Positions 28,879 through 44,973 of a stretch of DNA of 64,000 nt are shown here, piece by piece. The DNA comes from the human T2T-CHM13v2.0 reference genome, Homo sapiens: NCBI RefSeq assembly GCF_009914755.1, contig NC_060931.1; one strand, 5' to 3'. Positions within the stretch are counted from its first letter, which is position 1, and each line of letters opens with the position of its first letter. The translations under genes were made by a program, and so were the position numbers. The notes under the pieces were generated by a model that searched no databases, was not told the DNA's origin, and saw only the letters and a program-made list of their open reading frames with translations.

Positions 28879-30200
28879 TACACAAATCAGTAGATCTCCT
28901 ATACATTAACAGCAGCCAAACTGAGAACCAAATCAAGAACTCAACCCCTTTAATTATAGCTACAAAAAATTAAAATACTTAGGAATATATCTAACCAAGG
29001 AGGTGAGAGACCTCTACAAGGAAAACTACAAAACACTGCAAAAAGAAATCATAGATGACACAAACAAATGGAAACGCACTCCATGCTCATGGAATGGTAG
29101 AATCAATATTGTGAAAATGAAAATGACTGATAGTCTTTGGCTCTGTGTCCTCACCCAAATCTCATCTTGTAGCTCCTATAATTCTCACATGTTGTGGGAG
29201 GGACTTAGTTGGAGGTAATTGTATCATGGGGAAAGTGTTTTCCATGCTGTTCTCGTGATAGTGAATAAGTCTCAGGAGATCTGATAGTTTTAAAAAGAGG
29301 AGTTCCCCTGCACAAGCTTTCTCTCTTTGCCTGCTTACATTCATTTAAGATGTGATTTGCTCCTCCTTGCTTTCCACCATGATTCTGAGGCTTCCCCAGC
29401 CACTTAGAACTGTAAGTCCAATTAAACCTATTTCTTTTGTAAATTGCCCAGTCTTGTGTATGTCTTCATCAGTAGCATGAAAACAGACTAATACAATGAC
29501 CATACTGCCAAAAACAATCTACAAATTCAATGCAATTTCCATCAAAATATCACCATAATTCTTCACAGAACTAGAAAAAAAATCCGAAAATGTATATGGA
29601 AACAAAAAAGAGCCCACAGAGCCAAAACAAGATTAAGCAAAAAGAACAAATCTGGAGGCATCACCTGATTCAAACTATACTATAAGGCCACAGTCACCAA
29701 AACAACATGTTACTGTTATAAAAATAGGCACATGGACCAATGGAACGGAATAGATAACTCAGAAACAAACCCAAATACTTATAGCTAATTGATCTTTGAC
29801 AAAGCCAACAAAAACATAAAATGGGGAAAAGACACCCTATTCAACAAATAGTGCTGGGATAACTGGCAAGCCACATGTAGGAGAATGAAACTGGATCCTC
29901 ATCTCTCACCTTATATAAAAATCTACTCAAGATGGATCAAGAACTTCAATCTAATACCTGAAACTATAAAAATTCTATAAGGTAACATCAGAAAATCCCT
30001 TCTAGACATTGGCTTAGTCAAGGATTTCATGACCAAAAACCCAAAAGTGAATGCAATAAATCAAAGATAAGTAGTTGGGACTTAATTAAAGAGTTTTGCA
30101 CAGCAAAAGGAACAGTCAGCAGAGTAAACAGACAACTCACAGAGTGGGAGAAAATTTTCACAAACTATGCATCTGACAAAGGACTAATATCCAGAATCTA
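28879..30200 (+). mobile_element. L1PB ORF2 segment (inverted 5' part of the same insertion), split by THE1B
   Basis: Translates to ORF2-like [24 protein letters not shown]; ends ggactaatatccagaatcta. Confidence 0.9.
29128..29495 (+). mobile_element. THE1B MaLR solo LTR
   Basis: tgatagtctttggctctgtgtcc...gagttcccctgcacaagc...aaacagactaataca; perfect TSD ATGAC at 29123-29127 and 29496-29500. Confidence 0.93.
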
Positions 30201-30254
30201 GTATATGTTTTAAGGACTCTTTTTTTCCATCCCCACACTTTCTCTGAAATATAA

Positions 30255-30460
30255 GTATAGCCATGTGGTTAAGAGTGGAGATACTGGGAGTCAGGAAAAA
30301 ACTCCCACAATCCTCTTGTGACCTTCAACAATTTATTACATTTTCTGAGACTCAATTTTCTCACCTGTAACACAGGGAACATAATACACCTACCTCCTGG
30401 GAATTGTTTTAAGAAAGTGCCTGTTAGATTAGATAATCTCATTAAATATTAGCTATTAGT
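30255..30460 (+). mobile_element. MIR
   Basis: gtggttaagagt...tgtgaccttc...ctcaattttctcacctgtaa...acctacctc. Confidence 0.75.
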
Positions 30461-30849
30461 GTCAGAGACAAACCATGGTGTCTGGAATTCCAAGGTCTTT
30501 TTTTTTTTTTTTTTTTCCTCCTTGCTTGAAGTCACTGGTTTGTACTGTGCAGTTTGTTTGCAGGTACTGTGATATTTGCAAATTATTTCTATAGTAGGTG
30601 TGAAATCCTTTACATGTCTGTCCAGAAAGTTTGACAGCTCTGCAAGCCCATGGGAGAGAAACAGAATGTTTATTTGTTCAAGTGTCATTAATACAAATTC
30701 GTCTCAATGATATATGTGCCAGTGAAGTATTAATAGCTGCAGGAATGCTAGTGAACTTGACCTTGTATTTCCCTTATCACTAACTTAGTTTGGAACTTGA
30801 TCTAGTTTGGAAAAGCAAGAAATTGTATTTTCTGTTTTTTCTTAAAATG

Positions 30850-31582
30850 CATTTTAATCATTAGGGCTTTTATGAAATTTGTTAACGTTCGTGTTTGCAT
30901 TAAGCAAAACTCACTTCTTTTCACATATATAGTTTCACAATTTCAGACAAGTGAATACAATTGTGTAAGTGCCATGCTAGTCAAGAAACGGAATGTAATT
31001 ATTACCCCCAAAATTCCTTCATACTTACCCTTTTATACCACCAAACCCTGGCAACAATTGATTTGTTTTTTGTTCCAAAAATTTTGCCTTTCCCAGAATG
31101 TCATATAAATGGACTCATTCAGTAGCTACATATGATTCTGATTCACCCATGTTATTGCATGTTTTATGTTGCTACTAGAATTCCATTAGTTTGGATATAT
31201 TAGTCAGCAGTTAGAGAATACTTGGATTGCTTCCAGATTTGGTGATGATGAATAAAGCTTCTAAGGACATAACTTTGCATTTCTCCTGGGCAATATCTAG
31301 AGTGGGATTGCTGGATTACATGGCAAGTGTATATTTAACTCCATAAGAAACTGTCAAACTGTTTTCCAAAGTGGCTGTACCATTTTGCATTCTCACCAGC
31401 AATGTAGGACAATTCCAGTTCTTCCCTTCTTCACCAGCTCTTGATATTGTCAGCTGTTTGTTTAGCCATCACAGTAAGCGTAAAGTGTCATCTTTTGTGC
31501 TTAAAGCTTGCATTTCACTAATGACTAAAGTTATTGAGTCTTAATGTTCTTCTCTGCCATCTGTATAATTTCTTTGGTAAAG
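30850..31582 (-). mobile_element. L1MB/L1ME 3' end
   Basis: aaactgtcaaactgttttccaaagtggctgtaccattttgcattctcaccagcaatg. Confidence 0.75.
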
Positions 31583-32069
31583 CCTTGGGTAATCTGTGTC
31601 AATCCAGTCTTCTAGCTTTAGTTTTACACCCTTTCCCAACGCACACACCCCACACACACCATACCTGACTGCTGCTTACCATAGTACTTAAATTTCTGCA
31701 TTTTTCTGGTTTGCCGAACCAGTTACTGCTTTTTCTGTTTCAGTTTCCAAAAATGTGTTGACATCTCCTATCCAGAAAGAGTTACTGATACACATGTGTG
31801 TTCAATCTGCTGAGTTTAACTGAAATCTCTAGTTTTTCTCTAATCATTTTGTTAGCAAGGCATAGAAATGAGATAGAGAAGAGACTGCACTGTAACTGAC
31901 CCAGCCAGAGACATTGGAGAGCACACATCTGATAGCTTCTTGGACATACAGACATACTGGGAAACACTTTGCAAGGAGATTTGGAACTTGCCATTTTGAG
32001 GGTGACAGCTTAGTTCAGTGTTTCTTGAACAATGAAAGTTAAGTAGAATGATGCATTAAAATTTAAAAT

Positions 32070-32320
32070 TTTTAAACTCTAGTGTTATGTGACTAGGCTC
32101 AAATTCCATCTGTGCTATTTGCTAGGTGGCTGAGGTTGTGCAAGATTGTTAACTGCCAGAGCTTTTGTTTACTCAGGTGTAAAATAAGAATTAAAATAGT
32201 CCTAAATTGATAGAATTATTTTAAATATTAACAAAATGAGTATAAAAAACTTAGGAGAATGCCTGGGCAAGGTAAACGATTCAATATTTATTAGTGATCA
32301 TAATTAATTACTATTACCAA
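32070..32320 (+). mobile_element. MIR
   Basis: ggctcaaattccatctgtgctatttgctag...tgtaaaataagaattaaaatagt...aatgcctgggcaaggtaaac. Confidence 0.65.
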
Positions 32321-32439
32321 TTATTATTTTAATATGTGTGTTCTGTGTTTGCTGGATGGTGATAGTAAGACAAATAGCACACAAGTTTGATTCAATACAA
32401 TAACATTTAAAATCTTTAAAATTTGACTTTTTATTTAAG

Positions 32440-32930
32440 TCAAAAAAAATCCAGGTGATTACCTTAATGCTCAAAATGTGTAAGAAGTAACATAAATTTC
32501 AACATCATTTTTGATTATTTGTATGAAAAAAGTTAAATATACACTTTTTAAATAAGGCATAAAGATGTGATTAAAATACCTATTTGAGAATAAGAATAAG
32601 CATCATACTCAAGAAAAAATTAGAGTCATCTTAATTAAAATCAGGAACAAAAAAATTTCTATTAAGTACCATATCTCAGAGTATTCTGAAAATTTAGTTA
32701 TTTAAATATCTAGGAGAAAGAAATAAGACTTGTAAGAATTGGAAGAAAGAAGATTAATTGTTTTTGTCTTGTGAAAGAAACTTCAGAAATTCTATAATAA
32801 AACTATTATAGTAATAGAATCCAAGAAGTTTGCTAATTGAAAAATACATGTATTTTCTAAATATGAGAAATAACTAGTTTAAAAGTTGAATTGTTAAAAT
32901 TCAGATACAATGTCAATAAAATTTAAAACT
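32440..32930 (+). mobile_element. Old L1M ORF2 fragment
   Basis: catcatactcaa...aaaatcaggaacaa...gaaagaaataagacttgtaagaattggaagaaag. Confidence 0.5.
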
Positions 32931-33039
32931 AACCAGCATCAGAGCTTATAAAAGAAGAAATGTAATAGCAAGTGGTTAAGTACAAGAATTTGGCATTGTA
33001 TGGAACTGGGATTGAATCTCAAATTTTACCACCAAGAGT

Positions 33040-33231
33040 TTACATTTATTAATGTTCTCTCTGAGGCAGATGCTATTATAAGCAATTACTAGGTAAATAA
33101 TTTAATCTTCTAAACAACTCTGAGCTGGGTGACAAAATGTCTATTTTACAGATAAGGAAATTTAAGTCTATAAAGATTAAAAATAATTGTTCTAAAATCA
33201 CAGCTAGTAACTTGTGGAGCCTAGACACAAA
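33040..33231 (-). mobile_element. MIR (host of Tigger1; appears to resume at about 35640-35665)
   Basis: tttaatcttctaaacaactctgag...attttacagataaggaaatttaagt...cacagctagtaa. Confidence 0.75.
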
Positions 33232-33233
33232 TA

Positions 33234-35636
33234 CGGGCATATTTTCTTTTATTATGCTTCACTTTATTGCACTTCACAGCTATTTTATGTTTCATAAATG
33301 GAGGGTTCTTGGCAATCCTGAATCAAGTAACTGTATTGGTAAAATGTTTCTAGCAGCATGTGCTCACTTTGTGTATCTGTGTCACATTTTGGTAATTCTT
33401 AAACTATTTCAAAATTTTCATCATTTTTATATTGGTTTTGGTTATCTGTTATCAATGACCTTTGATGTTACTAAGGTAATTGTTTTGGGGTGTCAGAAAC
33501 CACATCCACATAAGATGGCAAATTTAATTGATAAATGTCATACATGTTTTGCTGCCCCCAACCAGACATTATCCTGTCTCCCTCTCCTCAGGCCTCATTT
33601 TTCCCTCAGACCTACTAATGTTGAAATTAGGCAAATTAATAACCCTTCAGTGGCCTCTAAGTGTCCAAGTGGAAGAAAGAGTTGCACAACTCTCACTTTA
33701 AATCAAAAACTATAAATCATTAAGTTTAGTGAGGAAGGCAGGTCAAAAGGCAAATAGGTTGAAAGCCAGGCCTCTTGTGCCAGTTAGCAACATTGTAAAT
33801 GCAAAGGAAAAGTTCTTGAAGAAAAGTAAATGTGCTACTCCAGTAAACACATAAATGATAAGAAAGTGAAACAGCTTCACTGTCGATATGGAGAAAGTTT
33901 TAGTGGTCTGGCTAGATCAAATCAGCCACAACATTCCTTTCAGCCAAAGCCAAATCCAGAACAAGGACTTACCTCTTCAATCTATGAAGATTGAGAAAGG
34001 TGAGGAAGCTGCAGATGAAAAGTTTGAAGCTAGCAGAAATTGGTTCATGAGGTTTAAGGAAAGAAGCCATCTCTGTAACATAAAAGTACATGGTAAAGCA
34101 GCAATTGCTAATGCAGTAGCTGCAGCAGGTTATCCAAGAAGATCTAGCTAAGATCACTAATGAAGGTAGCTACACTGACAACAGATTTTCAATGTATACA
34201 AAACAGCCTCATATTGGAAGAAGATCTTCCCTAGGACTTTTATAGTTAGAGAGAAGTCAATGTCTGGCTTCAAAGCTTCAAAGGACAGGCTGACGCTTGC
34301 TAGGGGCTAATGCAGCTCATGGCTTAAGTTAAAGTCTATGCTCATTTACCATTTCAGAAATCTTAGGTATCTCAAATATTATGCTAAATTTTTCTCTGGC
34401 TATGTTCTATAAATGGAACAACAAGGCTTAGATGACAGCACATTCGTTTACAGCATGATTTACTGAATACTTTAAGGTCATTGTCAGCACCTACTTCTCA
34501 GAAAAAAATATTTCAAAATATTACTTCTCGTTGATAATATTCTTGGTCACCCAAGAGCTCTGATGGAAATGTACAGGGAGATTAATGTTATATTTATACC
34601 TGCTAACACAAGATCCATTCTGCAGCCCATGGATCAAGGAGTAATTTTGACTTTCAAGTCTTATTTTAAAAATACATTTTGTAAAACTATAGCTGCCATA
34701 GATAGTCATTCATTTGAAAAATCTGGGCAAAGTAAACTAAAGTAAACTGAAAACCTTCTTGAAAGGATTCACCATTCAAGATTCCAGTGAAAATATTTGG
34801 GATTCATAAGAGGAGGTCAAAATATCAACATTAACAGAAGTTTGGGAGAAGTTGATTCCATCTCTCATGGACTTTCAGGGGCTCAAGACTTCAGTGGAGA
34901 AAGTAACTGCAGATATGGTAGAAATAGCAAGAAAACTCGAATTAGAAGTAAAGCATGAAGACATGACTGGATTGCAGCAACCTCGTGATAAAACATGAAC
35001 AGATGAGTTGCTTCTTATGGATGAGCAAAAAAAGTGGTTTTTAAAAATGGCATGTATGCCTGGTGAAGATGTTAAGAACATTGTTGAAGCAATATTCACA
35101 ACAATGTTCACAGCAAAGGACTTATAATATTCCATAAACTTCATTGATAAAGCAGCAGCAGAATTTGAAAAGACTGACCCAAATTTTGAAAGTTATACTT
35201 TGGGTAAAATGCTATCCAATAGCATCACATACTACAAGAAATATTTTATGAAAGGAAAAGTCAATTGATGCAGCAAACTTGATTATTTTCTTAAATTAAC
35301 AAATTGCGAAAACGACTCCAACCTTTAGCAAACACTACACTGACCTGTCAGCAGCCATCAACATGGAAGCAAAACCCTCAACCAGCAAAAAGATTATTAC
35401 TCCCTGCAGGCTCAGATGATTGTTAGCATTTTTTAGCAATTAAGTATTTTGAAATTAAGGTTTCCATATTGTTTTGTAGACATGATGCTCTGGCACACTC
35501 AATAGACTGCAATACATTATTAACATAACTTCTATATGTTCTGGAAAACCAACAATTGTATGATTTTCTCTATTGCAATATTTGCTTTAATGGAGAAGTC
35601 TGGAACTGAATCTGCAATATTTCTGAGAAATGCCTA
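33234..35636 (+). mobile_element. Tigger1 DNA transposon, essentially full length (2.4 kb)
   Basis: Terminal inverted repeat remnants cgggcat.../...atgccta, TA on both sides; internal ORFs give pogo/CENP-B-like peptides ([32 protein letters not shown]). Confidence 0.93.
33650..35426 (+). pseudogene. Disrupted Tigger1 (pogo-like DDE) transposase; 3' end approximate
   Basis: Start decayed to GTG (gtggcctctaagtgt); fragments in several frames (33888-34151, 34563-34745) separated by stops and frameshifts. Confidence 0.85.
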
Positions 35637-35982
35637 TATTATGGTGGTAGAGCCCATGCTTTTAGAAATCTTAAATGTCTGGTGTGATCAGCTTTCTCAT
35701 ATATAAAGTGGGAATGATTAAAGCATTGTTACATGAATTGCAAACATTGCCTTTAGTATACTGCATGATTTATATCAAGTACATTAAATGGTATCTCTAA
35801 TTTTTATTAAAATATATATTTCATATTTCCCTGATATAAAGATATATAATAGCTCTTATTTTAATTGTTGCTGAGGGTCCTGACTGTTAGAAGGAAAACT
35901 AACAAACAGAAAGGACATCCACACCAAAACCCCATCTGTACATCACCATCATCAAAGACCAAAGGTAGATAAAACCACAAAG

Positions 35983-36999
35983 ATGGGGAAAAAACAGAGC
36001 AGAAAAACTGGAAACTCTAAAAATCAGAGCGCCTCTCATCTTCCAAAGGAACGCAGCTCCTCACCAGCAACGGAACAAAGCTGGATGGAGAATGACTTTG
36101 ACGAGTTGAGAGAAGAAGGCTTCAGATGATCAAACTACTCCGAGCTTAAGGAGGAAGTTTGAACCCATGGCAAAGAAATTAAAAACCCTGAAAAAAAATT
36201 AGACGAGTGGCTAACTAGAATAACCAATGCAGAGAAGTCCTTAAAGGACCTGATGGAGCCGAAAACCACGGCACGAGAACTACGTGACAAATGCACAAGC
36301 CTCAGTAGCCGATTCGATCAACTGGAAGAAAGGGTATCAGTGATGGAAGATCAAATGAATGAAATGAAGCAAGAAGAGAAGTTTAGAGAAAAAAGAATAA
36401 AAAGAAATGAACAAAGCCTCCAAGAAATATGGGACTATGTGAAAAGACCAAATCTATGTCTGATTGGTGTACCTGAAAGTGACAGGGAGAATAGAACCAA
36501 GTTGGAAAACACTCTGCAGAATATTATCCAGGAGAACTTCCCCAATGTAGCAAGGCAGGCCAACATTCAAATTCAGGAAATACAGAGAATGCCACAAAGA
36601 TACTCCTTGAGAAGAGCAGCTCCAAGACACATAATTGTCAGATTCACCAAAGTTGAAATGAAGGAAAAAATGTTAAGGGCAGCCAGAGAGAAAGGTCAGG
36701 TTACCCACAAAGGGAAGCCCATCAGAATAACATCTGATCTCTCGGCAGAAATTCTACAAGCCAGAAGAGAGTGGGGGCCAATATTCAACATTCTTAAAGA
36801 AAAGAATTTTCAACCCAGAATTTCATATCCAGCCAAACTGAACTTCATAAGTGAAGGAGAAATAAAATCCTTAACAGACAAGCAAATGCTGAGAGACTTT
36901 GTCACCACCAGGCCTGCCCTAAAAGAGCTCCTGAGGGAAGCACTAAACATGGAAAGGAACAACCGGCACCAGCCAGTGCAAAAGCATGCCAAATTGTAA
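35983..36999 (+). pseudogene. L1 ORF1p, inactivated
   Basis: ATG GGG AAA AAA CAG at 35983; premature TGA at codon 49; the remaining 248-aa ORF ends MERNNRHQPVQKHAKL. Confidence 0.92.
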
Positions 37000-37062
37000 A
37001 GACCATCGAGGCTAGGAAGAAACTGCATCAACTAACAAGCAAAATAACCAGCTAACATCATA

Positions 37063-40883
<3,821 letters not shown>

Positions 40884-41149
40884 ACAATGAGAACACATGG
40901 ACACAGGAAGGGGAACATCACACACAGGGGCCTGTTGTGGGATGAGGGGAGGGGGAAAGGATAGCATTAGGAGATATACCGAATGTTAAATGACGAGTTA
41001 ATGGGTGCAGCACACCAATATGGCACATGTATACATATGTAACAAACCTGCACATTGTGCACATATACCCTAAAACTTAAAGTATAATAAAAGAAAGAAA
41101 AAAATGAAAATCAGATCAAATAAAGATAATAGCTTTATTGAAAAAAAAG

Positions 41150-41244
41150 AAATAAAAACAAAAACTCTATTTGATGCAACATGTTTCGAAATATGTATTA
41201 TATTATAGAATAGCTCAATTGAGCTAATTAAATATGCATATTTG
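41150..41244 (-). mobile_element. Short L1MA 3'-end fragment (its first bases lie at 35859-35869, left of the L1PA)
   Basis: caacatgtttcgaaatatgta...gagctaattaaatatgcat; flanking ATAGCTCTTA at 35849-35858 and 41245-41254. Confidence 0.6.
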
Positions 41245-41979
41245 ATAGCTCTTAATTATCTCCCAAGTTCAGGTATAATAGTTGTGCAATTTAAATTAAA
41301 AAATGTATATAATGTTTATTTAGAGGTAGAAATGCCTTTTCCTTCTGGTGATGACAGAATAATTAGTACTGGACTGGCCACTGCAATATAAAGAAATGTA
41401 AAAGTGGATGAAATCTATGAGACCATAATTTTCAGGTTTTGAACGATAGCCTATTAATGTAATGTATGAGAGAGTGGAAGTGAATATAATGCACCCTATG
41501 GTGCCCACAGCTCTTTGCTTGAGGATATTGAGCTTACCTTGAAACAGCAAGCTGGAGCCCTGGTAGACAACAGCCACCCCACTGAGCCGGGGAGTCAGGC
41601 ATGGCAGTTTAGGCATCTGAAGCAGGTTGCAGTCCACAGGATGAGGGAGAGTAGAAGAGGAATATATGCATGTGGAGGGGAGCAAAAGTCTCTGTGGTGG
41701 TCTTCTGTAAGAGCTTAGCTAAGGATGTGCTGCATAGTATGCCTAAAGACAGGACTCTCTGAAGCTTACCACAGAGTGATTGCTTATGGCAGTGAAAGTT
41801 GAACTGAGCTTTATGCAGTGCTGGGAGACATGGAATTCTGGCCCAGTGGGGTAAAGGAAATTCATAATTTACAAACTCATCCAGCCAAATGTGTATATCT
41901 AGTCTTAGTATCACATTATTTCCTTAGCAGAGCCCTGACTTTGACAGAATAGACCTCTTGAAGGTCCTGCACATTTAGT

Positions 41980-42800
41980 TCAGAGCAGGGCTGCAAAAAC
42001 CATAGTGCAGGCCTGGTGCCTGTGTCTGCACATGTTGGCCTGGTGCCAGAGGCCAAGGGTGCTGCTGACTTGGTGCCTGGTGGGCCTGAAACCTGGGGAT
42101 GTGTTGTCCAGCCTGGCTCTTGATTGGTCTGGAACCTGGGGTAGGACTGGAGGCTGGGTCTGTGGATTTTGGCCTAATAAGTAAAGCCGTGGGGGCAAGA
42201 CTAGTACCCAGTGCAGTCCAGAGCCTAAGACTGTTGGGGCTGGCCTGGTGCTAGGGCAGGCCTACAGCTCAGGGCCACTGGGCTGACCCAGTTCTGGGGC
42301 TTTCCTACTGTCTTGTCCACTGGGGTTGAGCTGGCAGTGGGACAAGCCTGAAAGCTGAATTCTTCAGGCAGGCCTCGTCTTTGAGGTTGTGGGATAGTGC
42401 CTGGAACCAGGGCCAGCCAGGTGGCTCAGTCTGTGGGTGCTGGCCTGGAGTCAGTGTCAATGGGGGGTATGCTCAGTCACAGATTTTGCTATGGGAAGCT
42501 CAATGTGGGTGTTCAACACAAAGTCCTAATCTTGTGTTCCTCTCTTTCCTCCAAGCAAAAGGTGTCTTTCTCCACACTATGCTTTTGGGATGCTGGGGAG
42601 ATGACATGGATAATGTGAAACTCCTTCCTCTCCTCTTCAATGTGTCTTTTCTTATTTCTGTGCTACATCCAGGCGTTATCATCTCTCATCTGGATACTCA
42701 GCTCTTGTCAAAGTATTTCCATGAATCAATGGTTGTTCAAATTGATGTTTCTACAGGGAAACAAGCACTGGAAAGTCTTATTTCACCATCTTGCTGATGA
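41980..42800 (-). mobile_element. 5' UTR of an old L1 (L1M3-like)
   Basis: Repeated ggcctggtgcc/gcctggaacc motifs; ends atttcaccatcttgctgatg, the antisense of the L1 start cagcaagatgg. Confidence 0.7.
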
Positions 42801-43122
42801 GATTCTCCTTTATATGGATTTTTAAAACTTAACCTTTCTTGGTTGATTATGTGTCAAAAATAAGGTTATTTGGATATTTTCTTAATTCTAAGGTTTTTCA
42901 TGCACTGTATATATAAACAATAAGTTAAACAACCTTATTTTTCAGCTATATTTGTTCATATCTGCTCTGTATTTTTGTAATTTGTAATTTCTTTACATAT
43001 ATATTTTGTTCATTCATTCTCTCTTTAAATGTGCACAATTTCTTTAGTGTTCAGTCTGAACAACTATAGCTCTCTCCACAGTCTAGTTTTGATTCATATT
43101 TTATGTTGTACTGTAAGCACTG

Positions 43123-43369
43123 TTTTTATTTTATTTTATTTTTTTGAGACAGGGTCTTTCTCTGTCACCCAGGCTGGAATGTTGTGGCATAACAAGTTAC
43201 TATAGCCTTGAACTCCTAGGCTCAAGTGCTCCTCCCACTTAAGCCTCCCAAGTAGCTGGGACCACAGGCATGTACCCCCACACCTGGCTATTTTATATAT
43301 ATATATATAAAATATAAAATATATATAATATAAAAATATAGTATATATTTATATGTGTGTATATATATA

Positions 43370-43415
<46 letters not shown>

Positions 43416-43534
43416 GTAGGCACTGAGTCTCCCTATGTGGTCTAGACTGGTCTTGACCTCCTGGGCTCAAGCAACTCTCCCACCTCAGCCTCCGAAAGTG
43501 CTGGGATTACAGGCATGAGCCAGCATATTCAGTC
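43123..43534 (-). mobile_element. AluJ with central linker expanded into a (TA)n/(TG)n array
   Basis: tttgagacagggtct...ggctcaagtgctcctcccac; 43291-43415 is TA-rich; left monomer ends gctgggattacaggcatgagcc. Confidence 0.92.
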
Positions 43535-44501
43535 ATTATTTTTGGCAGTATTTCCTCTGGAAATTCTTCTAGATTAGGTATTTCCTTTCTGGATGCTCAT
43601 AGCCTTGGTGTATATCTCTATATAACAGTTTAGTCATTAACTAATCAAATAAGACAGAAATGCCTTTCTCTCCTATTATCTGTAATTCTTATAATCTTTA
43701 GGTAAAACTTTAATCACTTAGTATTTTGTACCTTACTTCTTTATAAAGAGATGAGAAGGCTTATTATTACTCTTATATAAATTGTGACTGATTTTGTTAA
43801 TCATAATTTAATGAAATGTTTTCGTCTATCGTTATGTAGTGATACAATCCTAAATCTGGTAATGTAAAAGTAACAATTTATAATTATATCTCAGAATTCT
43901 GTCAGTATCCCACTCTTAGCTGGTGAGTTCTCACTTAGTGCTTTTCATGCTTTTGTAGATAGTGGTTGAGGCTAGAGTCATTGAAGCCTTTGATTAATCT
44001 GGGCAGCCACAATGGCTCACTTACACGGCTGGCAGTTGATGCTAGCTGCTAGACGGTATCAGTATGGCTGCTGACCAGATCACCTACATGTGGCTTGGGT
44101 TTCTCATAGCATAGTAGTTCGGCTCCGACAGGAATCATTCCAAAAATGAGCATTCAGAAAGACCCATGCAGATATTGTAAAGCTTTTTACAGGTTCATTT
44201 CTACTGCATTCTGTTGGTCAAAATCCATCATAGCACCTAAGACCAGGAGAGACTCAAGGGGAATGGGTTACACAAAGGTACAAATACCATAAAGTTGTGG
44301 TTTATTGAAGGCCATCTCTGGAGACCAGATACAACTGTTTTCTCCTCAGTCCCTCATCATATGCATCACAGAGGCAATATACTCTCACTCTTTCTTAAGA
44401 AACCCAAAGATTTATTCCTTTATAGCATTAGTTTCAAGACTGAAGTCCAGGATGTAACATTCAAGTGATAGCAAAGTGGTGATAAAATTCCTTAGGGGTA
44501 G

Positions 44502-44973
44502 AGTATTGATTTCTTGTTGCTGCTAGAACACATCACTACAAATTTAGTGGTTTAAAACAATACAAATTAATTCTATTATAGATCTGGAAGTCAGAAGTCT
44601 ATAATCTAGGTTAGAAATCTATAATCAGAAGCTTCAAATTGAGAATGGCTGCAGTTATTCTCAAGTCTTTAGGGAAAAATGAATTTCCTTGCCTTTCTAG
44701 GCTTCCAGAGATCATGTGTATTCCTTGGTTTCTGGTTCCTTACTCTATCTTCAAAGCCAGATGCTTAGCAACTTTTCTCTTGTCTGGCTTGTGGTCTCCA
44801 TTCTATAAAAACACTTGTGATTACCCTGGACCTACTCAGGTAATTCAGGATAATTTCTCCATGTCAATATGATGTACACCTATAAAGTCTCTTTTCCCGT
44901 GTAAGGTAACATATTCATAGGTTCTGGCGGGTATGACAGAAACATCTTTGGAGACATTATTCAGCCTAACACA
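44502..44973 (-). mobile_element. MLT1C/D solo LTR nested in the MLT1 internal region
   Basis: aaatttagtggtttaaaacaa...ctggaagtcagaagtct...taaggtaacatattcataggttctgg...attattcagcctaacaca; near-TSD tagag/aagag. Confidence 0.85.

Noticed and set aside
33137-33715. 192-aa ORF as a novel protein
   Set aside because: It is a chance read-through across MIR and the Tigger1 5' non-coding region, reaching only the first codons of the transposase.
42381-42825. Cluster of overlapping ORFs in a GC-richer block as a gene or CpG island
   Set aside because: It is an old L1 5' UTR with almost no CpG. The ORFs reflect lower stop-codon density.
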